This document shows positions 41,546 to 52,505 of a stretch of DNA of 64,000 bases, piece by piece (the first letter of the stretch is position 1; each line of letters begins with the position of its first letter). The translations under genes were made by a program, and so were the position numbers. This DNA comes from Promethearchaeota archaeon (GTDB lineage: Archaea; Asgardarchaeota; Lokiarchaeia; Sigyniarchaeales; SOKP01). The stretch covers positions 96,001 to 160,000 of the forward strand of contig JAUVNS010000007.1 in assembly GCA_030599585.1 (NCBI GenBank). The letters run 5' to 3'. The notes under the pieces are model-generated. The model was not told the DNA's origin and did no database searches. It saw only the letters and a program-made list of their open reading frames with translations.

Positions 41546-41869
41546 TTATCCGGGTGGAGTTTGTCCAATTGATGAATAGGCTTCTTCTATAGTGGCCCAA
41601 GTCTCTATTGAATATTTAAATCCAGGGACTGTTAAATACATGTTTAACATAGCCATAGCGCGTCTTCTAATTGCTTCTAATTTCCCTTCCTTTACCAGCG
41701 TTACATTAAGTGATTTTATACCATCCATATCGGCATTTATAGCATTAGGCACAAGAGTTTCCCCAAGACTATCATCTGGTGGAAATTTTTTATTAACTTC
41801 AATACCTTTTTTTATCATCTCTGCTGTAGACTCACCAGGCCAACGAATAAAGGTAACTATATAAGGCAT
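41546..41869 (-). CDS. Small hypothetical protein
   Basis: 107-aa ORF with GAGG SD upstream. Confidence 0.65.
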   Translation of the reverse strand: MPYIVTFIRWPGESTAEMIKKGIEVNKKFPPDDSLGETLVPNAINADMDGIKSLNVTLVKEGKLEAIRRRAMAMLNMYLTVPGFKYSIETWATIEEAYSSIGQTPPG

Positions 41870-42106
41870 TTATATTTCCTCTTTTGATTATTAAATTTTT
41901 ATACGGATTTTAAAAAACTCGCAATTAAAATTAATTCAGATCTCTTATTTAAATATTTACATTTTTGTCAATGGTATCTAATTTAGCCTATAATTTTAAA
42001 AATTGTAGAAAATAAACTAAGAATAGTGGAGTTAGAGATTAATCAATATATTTTTATTGGCTTCCTAGGAATATAATCTAAAAATTATGCAAAATAATTA
42101 AAATAG

Positions 42107-43231
42107 CTACTTTTCAATCAATCTTCCAATAGGATAAGATCCATACTTCTTAACAGTATCAATCATTGCTTTAACATTTTCATATTTACAGGTACTCAAA
42201 ATATCTGAACCCGCGCCTAAGATGAATCCCCCACCTTTAGCGGCATCCTGAAGAGCTTGTTTGGTTGCTTCTATTGTGGCCTCTATAGAGCCGTATGTTA
42301 AAACATAAGTGGCAGAAATATTACCGATAAGACAGATGTCTGCTCCGTATTCTTCTTTGAGAGGCTTTAACCTCATCCCCGATTCGTACTCTAAAGGATC
42401 AATCCCATCTACCCCAGAATTAATAAGATATGGCATAGTTTCCGTAACGTCTCCATCTGAATGAATAAGTAATTTAGCACCGTGCTTATGTGCATTCTTT
42501 GCTAGTTCTTTGTAAACTGGAGTTACAATTTCATTCCAATACTTAGGATTAAAAATGGTGCTTCCCTTTAGCGCCCAATCATCGCAAATAAATACCAAAT
42601 CAATTTCTTTTTCAAAAAAACAGTTCTGTAATTCTTTTGTAATTCGCCCTAAAGCTTTAGCGAGTTCTTTAACTAAATTAAAGTGTTTCCGGATCATATA
42701 TGCAAACTTGTTTATCCCTATCATTGACCAAGACGCGAACGCAACGGAACCTCCAGTCGGAATTGTAACCAAACCTTTTTGAAGATAACTGTCCCAAATT
42801 TTTTTAAATGATTTAAAGTGAATATCTCCAGCAGGTTCCCATGTATTGATATAAGCGATCCATTCTTTCAGTAATTCTGGTGTCTTTAAAACCCCATCCC
42901 GATACCAATCGCCTTCGTAATAGCTAGCCCATTCTGTGACACCGGAGGACTTTATATTATATTCTTTTAAAATTTCTTCTGGAACTTCAGGCTTTTTATG
43001 AGAGTGCGTTCTAATTCTATCGTAATGATACCAAATTGAATCAAATCCCATATGAATTGCTGCCTCATACATGATATGCTTAGAAAGATGTTTACTTTCA
43101 TCAATTCCCATTTTTTCTACCACTTTTTTTGTGAATGGGTAATCGAAGAATTGTGCCAATGTGGGGACACGGTCAGGTTCTTCGTGCTCTAAGGTTTTAA
43201 TTATTCTTTCATGTACGTTCATGTCAATCAT
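42107..43231 (-). CDS. Uroporphyrinogen decarboxylase / MtaA-CmuA family protein
   Basis: EPDRVP, DDWA, HSDG, GNIS, GGGFILG. Confidence 0.85.
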   Translation of the reverse strand: MIDMNVHERIIKTLEHEEPDRVPTLAQFFDYPFTKKVVEKMGIDESKHLSKHIMYEAAIHMGFDSIWYHYDRIRTHSHKKPEVPEEILKEYNIKSSGVTEWASYYEGDWYRDGVLKTPELLKEWIAYINTWEPAGDIHFKSFKKIWDSYLQKGLVTIPTGGSVAFASWSMIGINKFAYMIRKHFNLVKELAKALGRITKELQNCFFEKEIDLVFICDDWALKGSTIFNPKYWNEIVTPVYKELAKNAHKHGAKLLIHSDGDVTETMPYLINSGVDGIDPLEYESGMRLKPLKEEYGADICLIGNISATYVLTYGSIEATIEATKQALQDAAKGGGFILGAGSDILSTCKYENVKAMIDTVKKYGSYPIGRLIEK

Positions 43232-43404
43232 TACAAGTATTTTTCAGTGAGAGATAATAAATACATTAAATTTTATTTTCAAATAAATTTTGTGAGGTAT
43301 AAGACGAACATGAACCTTTAGAATATTTCTCCCTCAAACTCCTAAAACTTTAACAAATAAAAAAAATTAATTACAATAATAAATTAAGATTTCTGGAATT
43401 TATT

Positions 43405-44643
43405 ATGAAAGTAAATAGGCGAATGGAACTATTTGGGAAAGTAAGCGACGAAGATTGGAATAACTGGCGATGGCAATTTAGAAATAGGATTACTACTCTC
43501 GAGGATCTCAAAGAATTCATTCCGCTAACAAAGGAGGAAGATGATCCTAGTATCTTGGAAAAGATGAGAATGGCTATCACCCCCTATTATTTATCATTAA
43601 TCGATCCTCATGATCCATACGATCCCATTCGCAAACAAGCAATCCCTACAATCCATGAACTCCATAAATCTTCTGCTGATTTAGTAGATCCGCTTCACGA
43701 AGATGTTGACTCTCCCACTCCTGGGTTAACTCATAGATATCCAGATCGAGTATTATTTTTAATTACGGAAAACTGTTCTATGTACTGTAGACACTGCACT
43801 CGAAGGAGATTTGCAGGCCATCACGATAAAGCACCTCCAAAGGATCAGATAGATAAATGTATAGATTATATTCAGGAAACACCCGCAATTAGAGATGTCT
43901 TATTATCAGGAGGCGATGCGATGCTTATCTCAGATAAATTATTAGAGGACATCTTGATAAAGTTAAAAGAAATCTCGCATGTAGAAATCGTTCGGTTAGG
44001 TTCTAGAAGTCCGGTTGTTATGCCACAACGTATTACTCCTGATTTATGCGAGATGCTTGAACAATATCATCCCATATGGTTTAATACTCACTTCAACCAT
44101 CCGAATGAAATTACTGAAGACTCTAAGAGAGCATGTGAAATGTTAGCCGATGCCGGTATCCCTCTCGGAAACCAATCAGTCCTATTAAGAGGTGTAAATG
44201 ATTGTATCCATGTTATGAAAAAATTAGTCCAAGAACTAGTAAAAATTAGAGTTCGACCGTATTACATTTACCAATGCGATTTATCCGTAGGATTAGGGCA
44301 TTTTAGAACAAGTGTTGCTCAAGGAATTGAAATTATTGAGGGTCTAAGAGGACATACATCTGGTTTATGTGTCCCAACATTTGTTGTAGATGCTCCGGGT
44401 GGCGGAGGGAAAATTCCTGTAATGCCTGATTACACAATCTCTCAAGGAAATTCGAGAGTTGTTTTAAGAAATTTTGAGGGAGTTATTACGACGTACGAGG
44501 AACCAACTAATTACATACCAGATTGTCATTGCGAAGATTGCGAAAAACAAATAGGGGTTTCAGCATTATTAAGTGGTCAAAAGATGACTATTGAACCCGA
44601 TGATTTAGAAAGAAACTTAAGAAAAAAAAAACTAAGTAAATAG
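43405..44643 (+). CDS. kamA: Lysine 2,3-aminomutase
   Basis: THRYPDRV, CSMYCRHCTRRR, DAPGGGGKIP, C-terminal CHCEDC Zn site. Confidence 0.95.
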   Translation: MKVNRRMELFGKVSDEDWNNWRWQFRNRITTLEDLKEFIPLTKEEDDPSILEKMRMAITPYYLSLIDPHDPYDPIRKQAIPTIHELHKSSADLVDPLHEDVDSPTPGLTHRYPDRVLFLITENCSMYCRHCTRRRFAGHHDKAPPKDQIDKCIDYIQETPAIRDVLLSGGDAMLISDKLLEDILIKLKEISHVEIVRLGSRSPVVMPQRITPDLCEMLEQYHPIWFNTHFNHPNEITEDSKRACEMLADAGIPLGNQSVLLRGVNDCIHVMKKLVQELVKIRVRPYYIYQCDLSVGLGHFRTSVAQGIEIIEGLRGHTSGLCVPTFVVDAPGGGGKIPVMPDYTISQGNSRVVLRNFEGVITTYEEPTNYIPDCHCEDCEKQIGVSALLSGQKMTIEPDDLERNLRKKKLSK

Positions 44644-44748
44644 TAACTTCTAGTATAGTATCTTTGAACATCGGCAATTTTAAAATTTTGGCTCAGTTAT
44701 TTTAGCATATTTTAAAATCATACCCTCTTTTAATTATTTGAAGCACAG

Positions 44749-45801
44749 ATGTTGTCTGGTAATGAGGACTTTCCTACTCTTCTAATCAACGCCATAAAGA
44801 AGAATAAAGTCATATCAATAATTGGTTTATCTAAAAATGTAAGTAAAACTACCACATTAAATCACATAATTAATTTACTAAAGGATAAGCAAACAATTGG
44901 AGTCACATCCATAGGTCGAGACGGAGAACCCTACGATGCGATTACAGAACTCCCAAAACCTAAGATTATAGTTGAAAAAGGAACAATCTTTGCTACAGCA
45001 GAAGATTCTTTAAAGAATAGCGATATAGAGACCGTACTTATTGAAAGCACTAATTTCACTACGCCACTCGGGATCATCAATGTTTACAAAGCAAAAAATA
45101 AAGGTTATGTTGAATTAGCTGGCCCTTCAATGAATAAGCAATTAAAGCACCTCTGTAATGACATGTTAAAGATAGGTTGTGATGTGATTTTTATTGATGG
45201 TGCATTTGATAGGAGATCATTTGCAACACCCCTTATTTCTGATGCAACAATATTATCCACGGGAGCGTCTGTATCCAGAAACATGGAGAAAGTTGTTGAT
45301 CAAACTTCCCATATTTATGATTTATTTACCTTAGATGTAATTAAAGACGATAAAATCAGGAAAATCAGCAAAGATATCTTACTCACTGCTCAAGTAGGAA
45401 TTATAAATGATGACTATTCGACTAAGAAATTAGAAGAATCTACTGCTTTGGGATCGTCTAAAGTAATCTTTGACCAAATAACGAAAAACGCTAAATATCT
45501 GGTAATAAAGGGAGCGATAACCGATAACATTTTAGATGAATATGTAACTAATAAAAAAGTAAAAGACTTTAATGTAATTGCCACAGATCCTACTAAATTA
45601 TTTATTAGTAAGCAAGTTTTCTATAAATTTATAAAAAAGGGGGGTCGCTTAAAGGTGCTAGATCGAATTAATTTAATTGCAATTACGGTTAATCATACAT
45701 CTCCACTAGGGTATGAATTTGAAAATAACCAGTTCATGAGGTTATTACAAGAGAGAATTAACGTTCCTATATTCAATCTTGGTCCTTGTGACAACTTATA
45801 A
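44749..45801 (+). CDS. kamB: KamB-like putative lysine 5,6-aminomutase reactivase subunit
   Basis: SIIGLSKNVSKTTTLN, TSIGRDGE, IDGAFDR; lies between kamA and kamD. Confidence 0.7.
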   Translation: MLSGNEDFPTLLINAIKKNKVISIIGLSKNVSKTTTLNHIINLLKDKQTIGVTSIGRDGEPYDAITELPKPKIIVEKGTIFATAEDSLKNSDIETVLIESTNFTTPLGIINVYKAKNKGYVELAGPSMNKQLKHLCNDMLKIGCDVIFIDGAFDRRSFATPLISDATILSTGASVSRNMEKVVDQTSHIYDLFTLDVIKDDKIRKISKDILLTAQVGIINDDYSTKKLEESTALGSSKVIFDQITKNAKYLVIKGAITDNILDEYVTNKKVKDFNVIATDPTKLFISKQVFYKFIKKGGRLKVLDRINLIAITVNHTSPLGYEFENNQFMRLLQERINVPIFNLGPCDNL

Positions 45802-45846
45802 TTTAAACTTTAGATTATTAAAATTATCTTTAGAGATGAAACTTAC

Positions 45847-47415
45847 ATGAATAAATTAAATTTGGATTTTTCATTCGTTGAAACTGCGAGGAAATTAGCT
45901 CGGAATATTGCTAATGATACTCAAAAGTTCATTGATAAACACACTACTACTTCAATTGAAAGAACGATTTGTAGATTATTAGGGATCGATGGGGTTGATG
46001 AATTTGGAGTTCCATTACCTAACTTAGTAGTAGATCACATTCAACAAAAAGAACATATCAATAATGGCATTGCCATGTACCTTGGGAATACCATTTTACA
46101 TACTAACTTATCTCCTCAAAATATTGCAGAAAAAATATCTAAAAACCAATTAAACATGACAGAATTTCCCTTGAACGACATATCTGAGATAAAAAATGTA
46201 TTATCATCTATAGTCCAGAAAAACTTGGATATAATTAAGCGAAACAAGCAAGATAGAGAAGAATTAATTAATAGATATGGAGAAAAAACGGAACCACTAA
46301 TATATTTGATAGTTGCTACTGGAAATATTTTTGAAGACATGGTTCAAGCACAAGCAGCAGCAAGACAAGGTGCCGATGTTATCGCAGTAATACGCTCTAC
46401 GGGGCAAAGTTTATTAGATTATGTTCCTTATGGTGCCACAACAGAAGGTTTTGGAGGCACTTATGCAACGCAAGAAAATTTCCGTCTTATGAGGTCAGCC
46501 TTAGATAAGGTTAGCGAAGAAGAAGGTAGATATATTAGGCTCACTAACTACTGTTCGGGACTTTGTATGCCAGAAATTGCTGCTATGGGAGCATTTGAAA
46601 GATTAGATATGATGTTAAATGATGCGTTATATGGAATTTTATTTAGGGATATAAACATGCAAAGAACGATAATCGATCAATATTTTTCAAGGATGATAAA
46701 TGCATATGCTGGAGTAATCATCAATACAGGGGAGGACAATTATCTTACCACTGATGACGCTTATGATGCTGCTCATACAGTGTTGGCATCACAATTCATT
46801 AACGAACAATTTGCGAAATTAGCCGGTTTAAGTGAAGAGCAAATGGGATTAGGACATGCGTTTGAAATGAACCCTGAGATGGAAAATGGATTTGTTTACG
46901 AACTTGCACAAGCGCAAATGGCAAGAGAAATATTTCCAAGTGCTCCTTTGAAATACATGCCTCCAACAAAATATATGACGGGAAACATTTTTAAGGGTCA
47001 CGTTCAAGATGCGTTATTCAATATCATTACAATTCTCACAAATCAGAGAATTCACTTACTCGGAATGTTAACCGAAGCAATTCACACGCCATTTATGTCA
47101 GATCGGGCTTTATCCATTGAAAATGCGAAATATATTTTTAAAAATATGAAAAATTTAGGAGAAGAAATTACGTTTAAAGAAGGCGGGATAATACAACAAC
47201 GCGCAAACGAAGTATTGAAGAAAGCTCTTGTACTTCTAATAAAAATAGAAAGGGAGGGTTTATTCAAGACAATTGAAAAAGGGATTTTCGCGCAGATAAA
47301 AAGGCCAATTGATGGTGGGAAAGGATTAGATGGTGTAATTCCTAAAAGCAAAGAATATTTTAATCCTTTCTTGGAAATCATGTCAAAAGAACTACACTTA
47401 GGAGGCGAAAAATAA
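45847..47415 (+). CDS. kamD: Lysine 5,6-aminomutase alpha subunit
   Basis: IVATGNI, QSLLDYVPYGATTEGFGGT, NYCSGLCMPE, KYMPPTKYMTG. Confidence 0.95.
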   Translation: MNKLNLDFSFVETARKLARNIANDTQKFIDKHTTTSIERTICRLLGIDGVDEFGVPLPNLVVDHIQQKEHINNGIAMYLGNTILHTNLSPQNIAEKISKNQLNMTEFPLNDISEIKNVLSSIVQKNLDIIKRNKQDREELINRYGEKTEPLIYLIVATGNIFEDMVQAQAAARQGADVIAVIRSTGQSLLDYVPYGATTEGFGGTYATQENFRLMRSALDKVSEEEGRYIRLTNYCSGLCMPEIAAMGAFERLDMMLNDALYGILFRDINMQRTIIDQYFSRMINAYAGVIINTGEDNYLTTDDAYDAAHTVLASQFINEQFAKLAGLSEEQMGLGHAFEMNPEMENGFVYELAQAQMAREIFPSAPLKYMPPTKYMTGNIFKGHVQDALFNIITILTNQRIHLLGMLTEAIHTPFMSDRALSIENAKYIFKNMKNLGEEITFKEGGIIQQRANEVLKKALVLLIKIEREGLFKTIEKGIFAQIKRPIDGGKGLDGVIPKSKEYFNPFLEIMSKELHLGGEK

Positions 47416-48204
47416 ATGGGTGGTGGACTCTATTCTACAAAAAAAAAAGAATATGACAAGAATTTAGATCTAACTAATATCAGACCGTATGGAGATACAA
47501 TGAACGATGGAAAAATGCAGGTTAGTTTTACTCTTCCTGTAGATGATGGAGAAAAAGCTATATTTGCAGCATTAGAATTGGGTAGAAAGATGGGGATAGA
47601 AGAACCTTCAGTAGCATATCATATATCTTTAGATAAGGGATTCACTTATTTTGTGTTATATGGACGTCTTAAACATTCGATTGATTATACTAAAATAAAA
47701 GTAGAATCTGTAGAAGTTGAAGCGATGACGATTAAAGAAATAAATGATTTTATTAAAGCCGAAATAAAACGTAAATTAGTAGTTATTGGCGCTACAACCG
47801 GGACTGATGCACACACGGTAGGAATCGATGCTATTATGAACATGAAGGGATTTGCTGGTCATTATGGACTAGAGCGATATGAGATGATTGAAGCCTATAA
47901 TTTTGGAAGCCAGGTAACAAATGAAGAATTCGTAAAAAAAGCAATAGATCTTGACGCTGACGTACTTCTTGTTTCTCAAACTGTAACGCAGAAAGATATC
48001 CATGTGAGAAATTTAACTAATCTAGTCGATCTACTGGAAGCTGAAGAGTTAAGAGACAAAATCATTTTAGTCTGTGGTGGTCCAAGAATTTCGAACGAAC
48101 TTGCGAAAGAATTAGGATTTGATGCTGGTTTTGGCCCTAACACTTTTTCTGAGAATGTAGCAAGTTATTTTGTGAAAGAAATTTATAATAGAAAATATAA
48201 ATGA
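47416..48204 (+). CDS. kamE: Lysine 5,6-aminomutase beta (B12-binding) subunit
   Basis: PYGDTMNDG, DAHTVG (DxHxxG), MKGFAG PLP lysine. Confidence 0.95.
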   Translation: MGGGLYSTKKKEYDKNLDLTNIRPYGDTMNDGKMQVSFTLPVDDGEKAIFAALELGRKMGIEEPSVAYHISLDKGFTYFVLYGRLKHSIDYTKIKVESVEVEAMTIKEINDFIKAEIKRKLVVIGATTGTDAHTVGIDAIMNMKGFAGHYGLERYEMIEAYNFGSQVTNEEFVKKAIDLDADVLLVSQTVTQKDIHVRNLTNLVDLLEAEELRDKIILVCGGPRISNELAKELGFDAGFGPNTFSENVASYFVKEIYNRKYK

Positions 48205-48219
48205 AAGACAAACACGATT

Positions 48220-48993
48220 ATGCCTCGATCAAGCGCTTATTCTGATGATGATTGGAAAAACATTAAATCTCATGTACCCCCAGTATATGATAAAAACGCT
48301 TATAATTTGATTTACGACCATCATTCTCACACATACTTCAGTGATGGAGTACTTACAATTAAACAAAATGTTGAATGGCATATAACTATGGGGTTCAACG
48401 CATTAACAATAACTGATCATAACAATATGCGGCATTTAGAAAAAGTTGATAAAGTTAAAGAAGAATATATTAAAAAGGGCATTCTTATAACAAGCGGGAT
48501 TGAATGGACAACTAAAAGGATTCATTTAAATTTCTTAGGTGTATCAAAGTGGGATACAAGAATCTCTTATAAACCCAAAGACGAAAAAATTACTGCCGCA
48601 ATTAACAAGGTTCACGATCAAGGGGGAATAGTTGTCTGTAATCATATTCCATGGAGTATAAAAGAAGCTAAATATGAAAATCATCCAACCCGAGAAACCC
48701 TAGTAGAATGGGGAATTGATTACATCGAGATTGTTAACGATGATTGTCAACCAGAAAATGTTTTCGATCAAGAATCCTATGATTTTTGTATGGCGCATAA
48801 GGGAGAAATTGGAATGCTTACTGGTACAGATATGCATAAGCCAGATGGATTATTAAGTGGGGGTGTTCATGGCTGGACGCTTTTAAACCTTAAAGAATTT
48901 ACCGAAGAAGCGTTATTAGAAGAATTAAGAAAGAAAAGAACCAAAATTCTTTATTCTGAAAAAACCTATTTTGATCTAGGTATTCATAAATAA
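48220..48993 (+). CDS. PHP-domain phosphoesterase-like protein
   Basis: DHHSHT..SDG, ITDHN, GTDMH. Confidence 0.85.
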   Translation: MPRSSAYSDDDWKNIKSHVPPVYDKNAYNLIYDHHSHTYFSDGVLTIKQNVEWHITMGFNALTITDHNNMRHLEKVDKVKEEYIKKGILITSGIEWTTKRIHLNFLGVSKWDTRISYKPKDEKITAAINKVHDQGGIVVCNHIPWSIKEAKYENHPTRETLVEWGIDYIEIVNDDCQPENVFDQESYDFCMAHKGEIGMLTGTDMHKPDGLLSGGVHGWTLLNLKEFTEEALLEELRKKRTKILYSEKTYFDLGIHK

Positions 48994-49035
48994 ATAACTA
49001 AACAAAATTTAAAAATATAATAGAGGTTAGAATAA

Positions 49036-49950
49036 ATGTCTAAAAATATAATTATTCAAACCAAAAATTTAACTAAATATTACGGTAAATCAAGAGGTAT
49101 TGAAAACTTCGAACTTGATATATATCAGGGAGAAATTTTTGGCTTACTTGGACCTAATGGAGCGGGGAAAACTACTGTAGTTAGAACTCTTCTCGACTTA
49201 ATTCGAAAAACTTCAGGTGAAGCACAGATTTTTAATCTTGATGTTCACAATCATTCAACTGAAATTCGTCAACGCATTGCTTACCTACCAGGGGATCTAG
49301 GTTTATTTCAAGACAAAACTGCGAGGCGAAACCTACGATATCTTCTAGGACTTTATAAAAATCATATCCCTATCAGGAGAATTGAAGAGTTAGCAGAGAT
49401 ATTTGGATTAGAACTCGACAGAAAAGTTAAGGAACTAAGTAAAGGGAATAAACAAAAAGTTGGAATAGTACTCGCTTTAGCCCCCGAGGTGGATCTTCTA
49501 ATCTTAGACGAACCAACTTCTGGATTGGATCCTTTAATAACCGCTAAATTCTACAAGATTCTTCGTCAACAACAAAAAGAAACAGGTTCAACCGTACTTC
49601 TTAGCTCCCACTTGCTTGGAGAAGTTGAAAAAGTCGCTCATCGTGTGGGTATCATACGAGAAGGAACATTAGTTGAGGTAGCTACTATTCACCAACTAAA
49701 GAGCATGGCAATGAAAGAGATTAAAGTTGAATTTGCTACTAAAGAAGCACTTAAGAAATTCTCTGATCAACTACCGTCACAAACTGTAGAATCTGTTATA
49801 TTTAATGAAACCCATGCTTCATTCATGATTACTCGAGAACAACTATCTAATGTAATCGACTTACTTTCGAAATTTGAGATCTTCGATATAGAAATTACAA
49901 GTCCTGCGCTTGAGGATATATTTTTGAAATATTATGAGGTGGTGTCTTAA
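49036..49950 (+). CDS. ABC-2 type transporter ATP-binding protein
   Basis: GPNGAGKTT, LSKGN, LDEPTSGLD, SSH. Confidence 0.92.
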   Translation: MSKNIIIQTKNLTKYYGKSRGIENFELDIYQGEIFGLLGPNGAGKTTVVRTLLDLIRKTSGEAQIFNLDVHNHSTEIRQRIAYLPGDLGLFQDKTARRNLRYLLGLYKNHIPIRRIEELAEIFGLELDRKVKELSKGNKQKVGIVLALAPEVDLLILDEPTSGLDPLITAKFYKILRQQQKETGSTVLLSSHLLGEVEKVAHRVGIIREGTLVEVATIHQLKSMAMKEIKVEFATKEALKKFSDQLPSQTVESVIFNETHASFMITREQLSNVIDLLSKFEIFDIEITSPALEDIFLKYYEVVS

Positions 49951-50778
49951 ATGAAACGATTTTTTAGCGCAGTTAAGGAGCTAATTTTAGAAAAGAAATT
50001 CATGATTCTAATATTAGGCAGTGTAATTGGCTTGTTAAGCTTTTTTATAATAACAATGCTGGAAAATCTGGATTTACAATCATTAGACGATATTCTTAGC
50101 ATGATGGGTGGATTTGAGGAAATATTGGATTTTTTTGGAGGCTTAGCGGTAATGTCTAACCCTTATGGATTTTGGTCTTTGGAAATTTTAAGCTTCATTT
50201 GGCTATATGCAGGGATCTATCTTATCTTTATAGCTAGTTCTCTCCTCTCCCAAGAAGTAGAAAATAAGACCATTGATCTATCCCTTTCTAAACCAATTTC
50301 TCGGTATAATTTCCTAGGAAGTAAAATTACATTCCTATATGTATTTATAATGACGACCGTTGGTATTTTCTTTCTAATAACTCTTGGAAGTATGGCAGGT
50401 TCACCAACTTTTAGAACGGAAGGAATTTACATTGACAGGTTATTTGCAACTTATTTTTCTGTTGTTCTCTTCCTTGGAGCGCTTGCAATGGTGGCTAAAT
50501 TCAGTTCAACAATATTCTTAAGTACGAAAAAATCGTTGGCAGTGGGAGTAATGGTTTTATTTATAATGTTTTTTCTCGGCGAATTTTACATTTATATGGA
50601 TGAAGCTATCCAGGGTATCAAATATATATCAATTTTCTATTACTATAATCCTATTGATTATTTGATACATGCAGATTTAGACTTATTTACACGAGATATT
50701 ATTGTCTTAGGAATTATCAACGGAGTTCTCATCGCAGGGAGTTTATTTGTTTTCAGTAGAAAGGATATCCCAAATTGA
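49951..50778 (+). CDS. ABC-2 type permease
   Basis: 6 TM; EVENKTIDLSLSKPISR; adjacent to the ATPase. Confidence 0.88.
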   Translation: MKRFFSAVKELILEKKFMILILGSVIGLLSFFIITMLENLDLQSLDDILSMMGGFEEILDFFGGLAVMSNPYGFWSLEILSFIWLYAGIYLIFIASSLLSQEVENKTIDLSLSKPISRYNFLGSKITFLYVFIMTTVGIFFLITLGSMAGSPTFRTEGIYIDRLFATYFSVVLFLGALAMVAKFSSTIFLSTKKSLAVGVMVLFIMFFLGEFYIYMDEAIQGIKYISIFYYYNPIDYLIHADLDLFTRDIIVLGIINGVLIAGSLFVFSRKDIPN

Positions 50779-50900
50779 ACTATATAAATTTTTTATTTTT
50801 ATTCTCAGAAGTATTTCGATAAGATTTTAAAAACACCTTATCTGGACCCAAGAACTACTAAAGTATTATAGTCTATTAGGCTACTAGTTACTTTTTAAAT

Positions 50901-52058
50901 TTAAGTTCTACCAAATTCTTGGATCGCTTTATACATAGCAACTATATTTTCAGGAGGTTGATCCAGTAGGAAGTTCGTTGGACCCGGAATGTATCCTCCT
51001 TTTAGCCCTAATTTTTTAATATAATTTTTAACTTCTTCTCTAACTTGTGTAGGAGACTCCTTATTAAGCATCTCAGTATCATCTATCGTGCCGAGTAGTG
51101 TTATACTAGGATATTTCTTGCGGTACATTTCAAGGTCGTTAATTTGAGGTTGTAAAGAATCTACTCCGTCAATACCCAATTCAACAAAATCGGGAAATAG
51201 TTCATGAATATCTCCACAGCTATGTATGATAAATTTCACTCCTTTATCATGAACGATATCTACATATCTCTTAAGGTAAGGTTTTATGAACTCACGCCAT
51301 TGCCTTAAAGGTATTTGTAATCCAAAATTATATCCATAATCATCCCCACACATTACCACCGATGGTTTCGTATTCATTAACATTTTTAAGGAAGGTTCTT
51401 CAATGACATCCCACTGAAAATCCATGTGTTTACGTAGGAATGTGGGTTTTTTCCGTGCGAATCTTGCAAAATTTGCAAATCCAATCCCCAGTATACAATT
51501 TTCGAATGGACCACTAATTCCTTGTGAAACCACAACATCATATTTTTTTAGCATATTTTTCCTCGATTTAGCGAGATGCCTAAATTGCATCTTCTGGGGA
51601 CTTATCCTATCTTCTGCTTCCCAATAGCCTTTAAAATCATTTTCATCTACAAGCGATGGACCTGTATACCATAAGAATGGTAATCCATTTTTACGAACGC
51701 TGAACTTATTTACCATTCCATTAGCAAAAATAAAACCATCGTTATTTCGTGCTTTTTTCATAGTTCCAGGAATAACTGTCTCCCAACACATATCGATTTT
51801 AGCGTCCAATCCCGCTGGGAGAATATTTGTTGGAGAAAATTTAGCAATTAGATACTGGATGTTTGGAACTTTATAGGACAAATTGTCTGTTTCGAATTGT
51901 AATAAATCTTCTTCTGTAAATGTAAATGGAGAATTCATAAATTTATGAAGAAAATCATAATCTGCTCCTAAACATAAACTTGCCAGCCTGTCGGGTTTTT
52001 CTCCGTCCAGAATCGTTAAAATTCGTTCTAATGAGTTCATGCTATCTCCGTTTACCAT
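50901..52058 (-). CDS. Uroporphyrinogen decarboxylase / MtaA-CmuA family protein
   Basis: KPDR, GDDYG, HSCG, GGYIPG. Confidence 0.85.
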   Translation of the reverse strand: MVNGDSMNSLERILTILDGEKPDRLASLCLGADYDFLHKFMNSPFTFTEEDLLQFETDNLSYKVPNIQYLIAKFSPTNILPAGLDAKIDMCWETVIPGTMKKARNNDGFIFANGMVNKFSVRKNGLPFLWYTGPSLVDENDFKGYWEAEDRISPQKMQFRHLAKSRKNMLKKYDVVVSQGISGPFENCILGIGFANFARFARKKPTFLRKHMDFQWDVIEEPSLKMLMNTKPSVVMCGDDYGYNFGLQIPLRQWREFIKPYLKRYVDIVHDKGVKFIIHSCGDIHELFPDFVELGIDGVDSLQPQINDLEMYRKKYPSITLLGTIDDTEMLNKESPTQVREEVKNYIKKLGLKGGYIPGPTNFLLDQPPENIVAMYKAIQEFGRT

Positions 52059-52059
52059 T

Positions 52060-52422
52060 TTAAAACGCAGCCCCTACCTTTCCTAAAAAATTTAATATCT
52101 CGTTACTACTTACGATAACTGTTTTATTGGCCAATCCCTCAGCAATACCTTTCACTCCGCCGAGAAATACATTAGATGGTAAACTGATATAACCATCGCA
52201 CTCAATCTCATTTAATTCTTCTACACTTCTAACATCATCAAGTATTTCTACTTGAAAATCCCCTTTTGTGATTCGTACCATGAATGCGGGTGGTACATCA
52301 GTAATCAGTACCAAAAATTGCAGATCTAAAGTCCCAAAATCTTTTTTTAATAACCCAATAGTCTTTAAGAGCCACAATCCCGAATAGATGATTGCAGGGA
52401 AGTTGGATAACTTCTCAGCCAT
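52060..52422 (-). CDS. Small protein, possibly SCP2-like fold
   Basis: LQFLVLITD..FMVRITKGDF..CDGYI pattern; coupled to the UroD-like gene. Confidence 0.5.
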   Translation of the reverse strand: MAEKLSNFPAIIYSGLWLLKTIGLLKKDFGTLDLQFLVLITDVPPAFMVRITKGDFQVEILDDVRSVEELNEIECDGYISLPSNVFLGGVKGIAEGLANKTVIVSSNEILNFLGKVGAAF

Positions 52423-52505
52423 GTTAATTCCTTCCTAATATATTTATTTTTGTAAAGTTAGAAATATAAAATACTTTATTCTACTTATCAGAAATAAGAA
52501 GTTTA

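Noticed and set aside
43405-44643. kamA as EpmB or the osmolyte enzyme AblA
   Set aside because: Operonic with kamB-kamD-kamE; no epmA or ablB nearby
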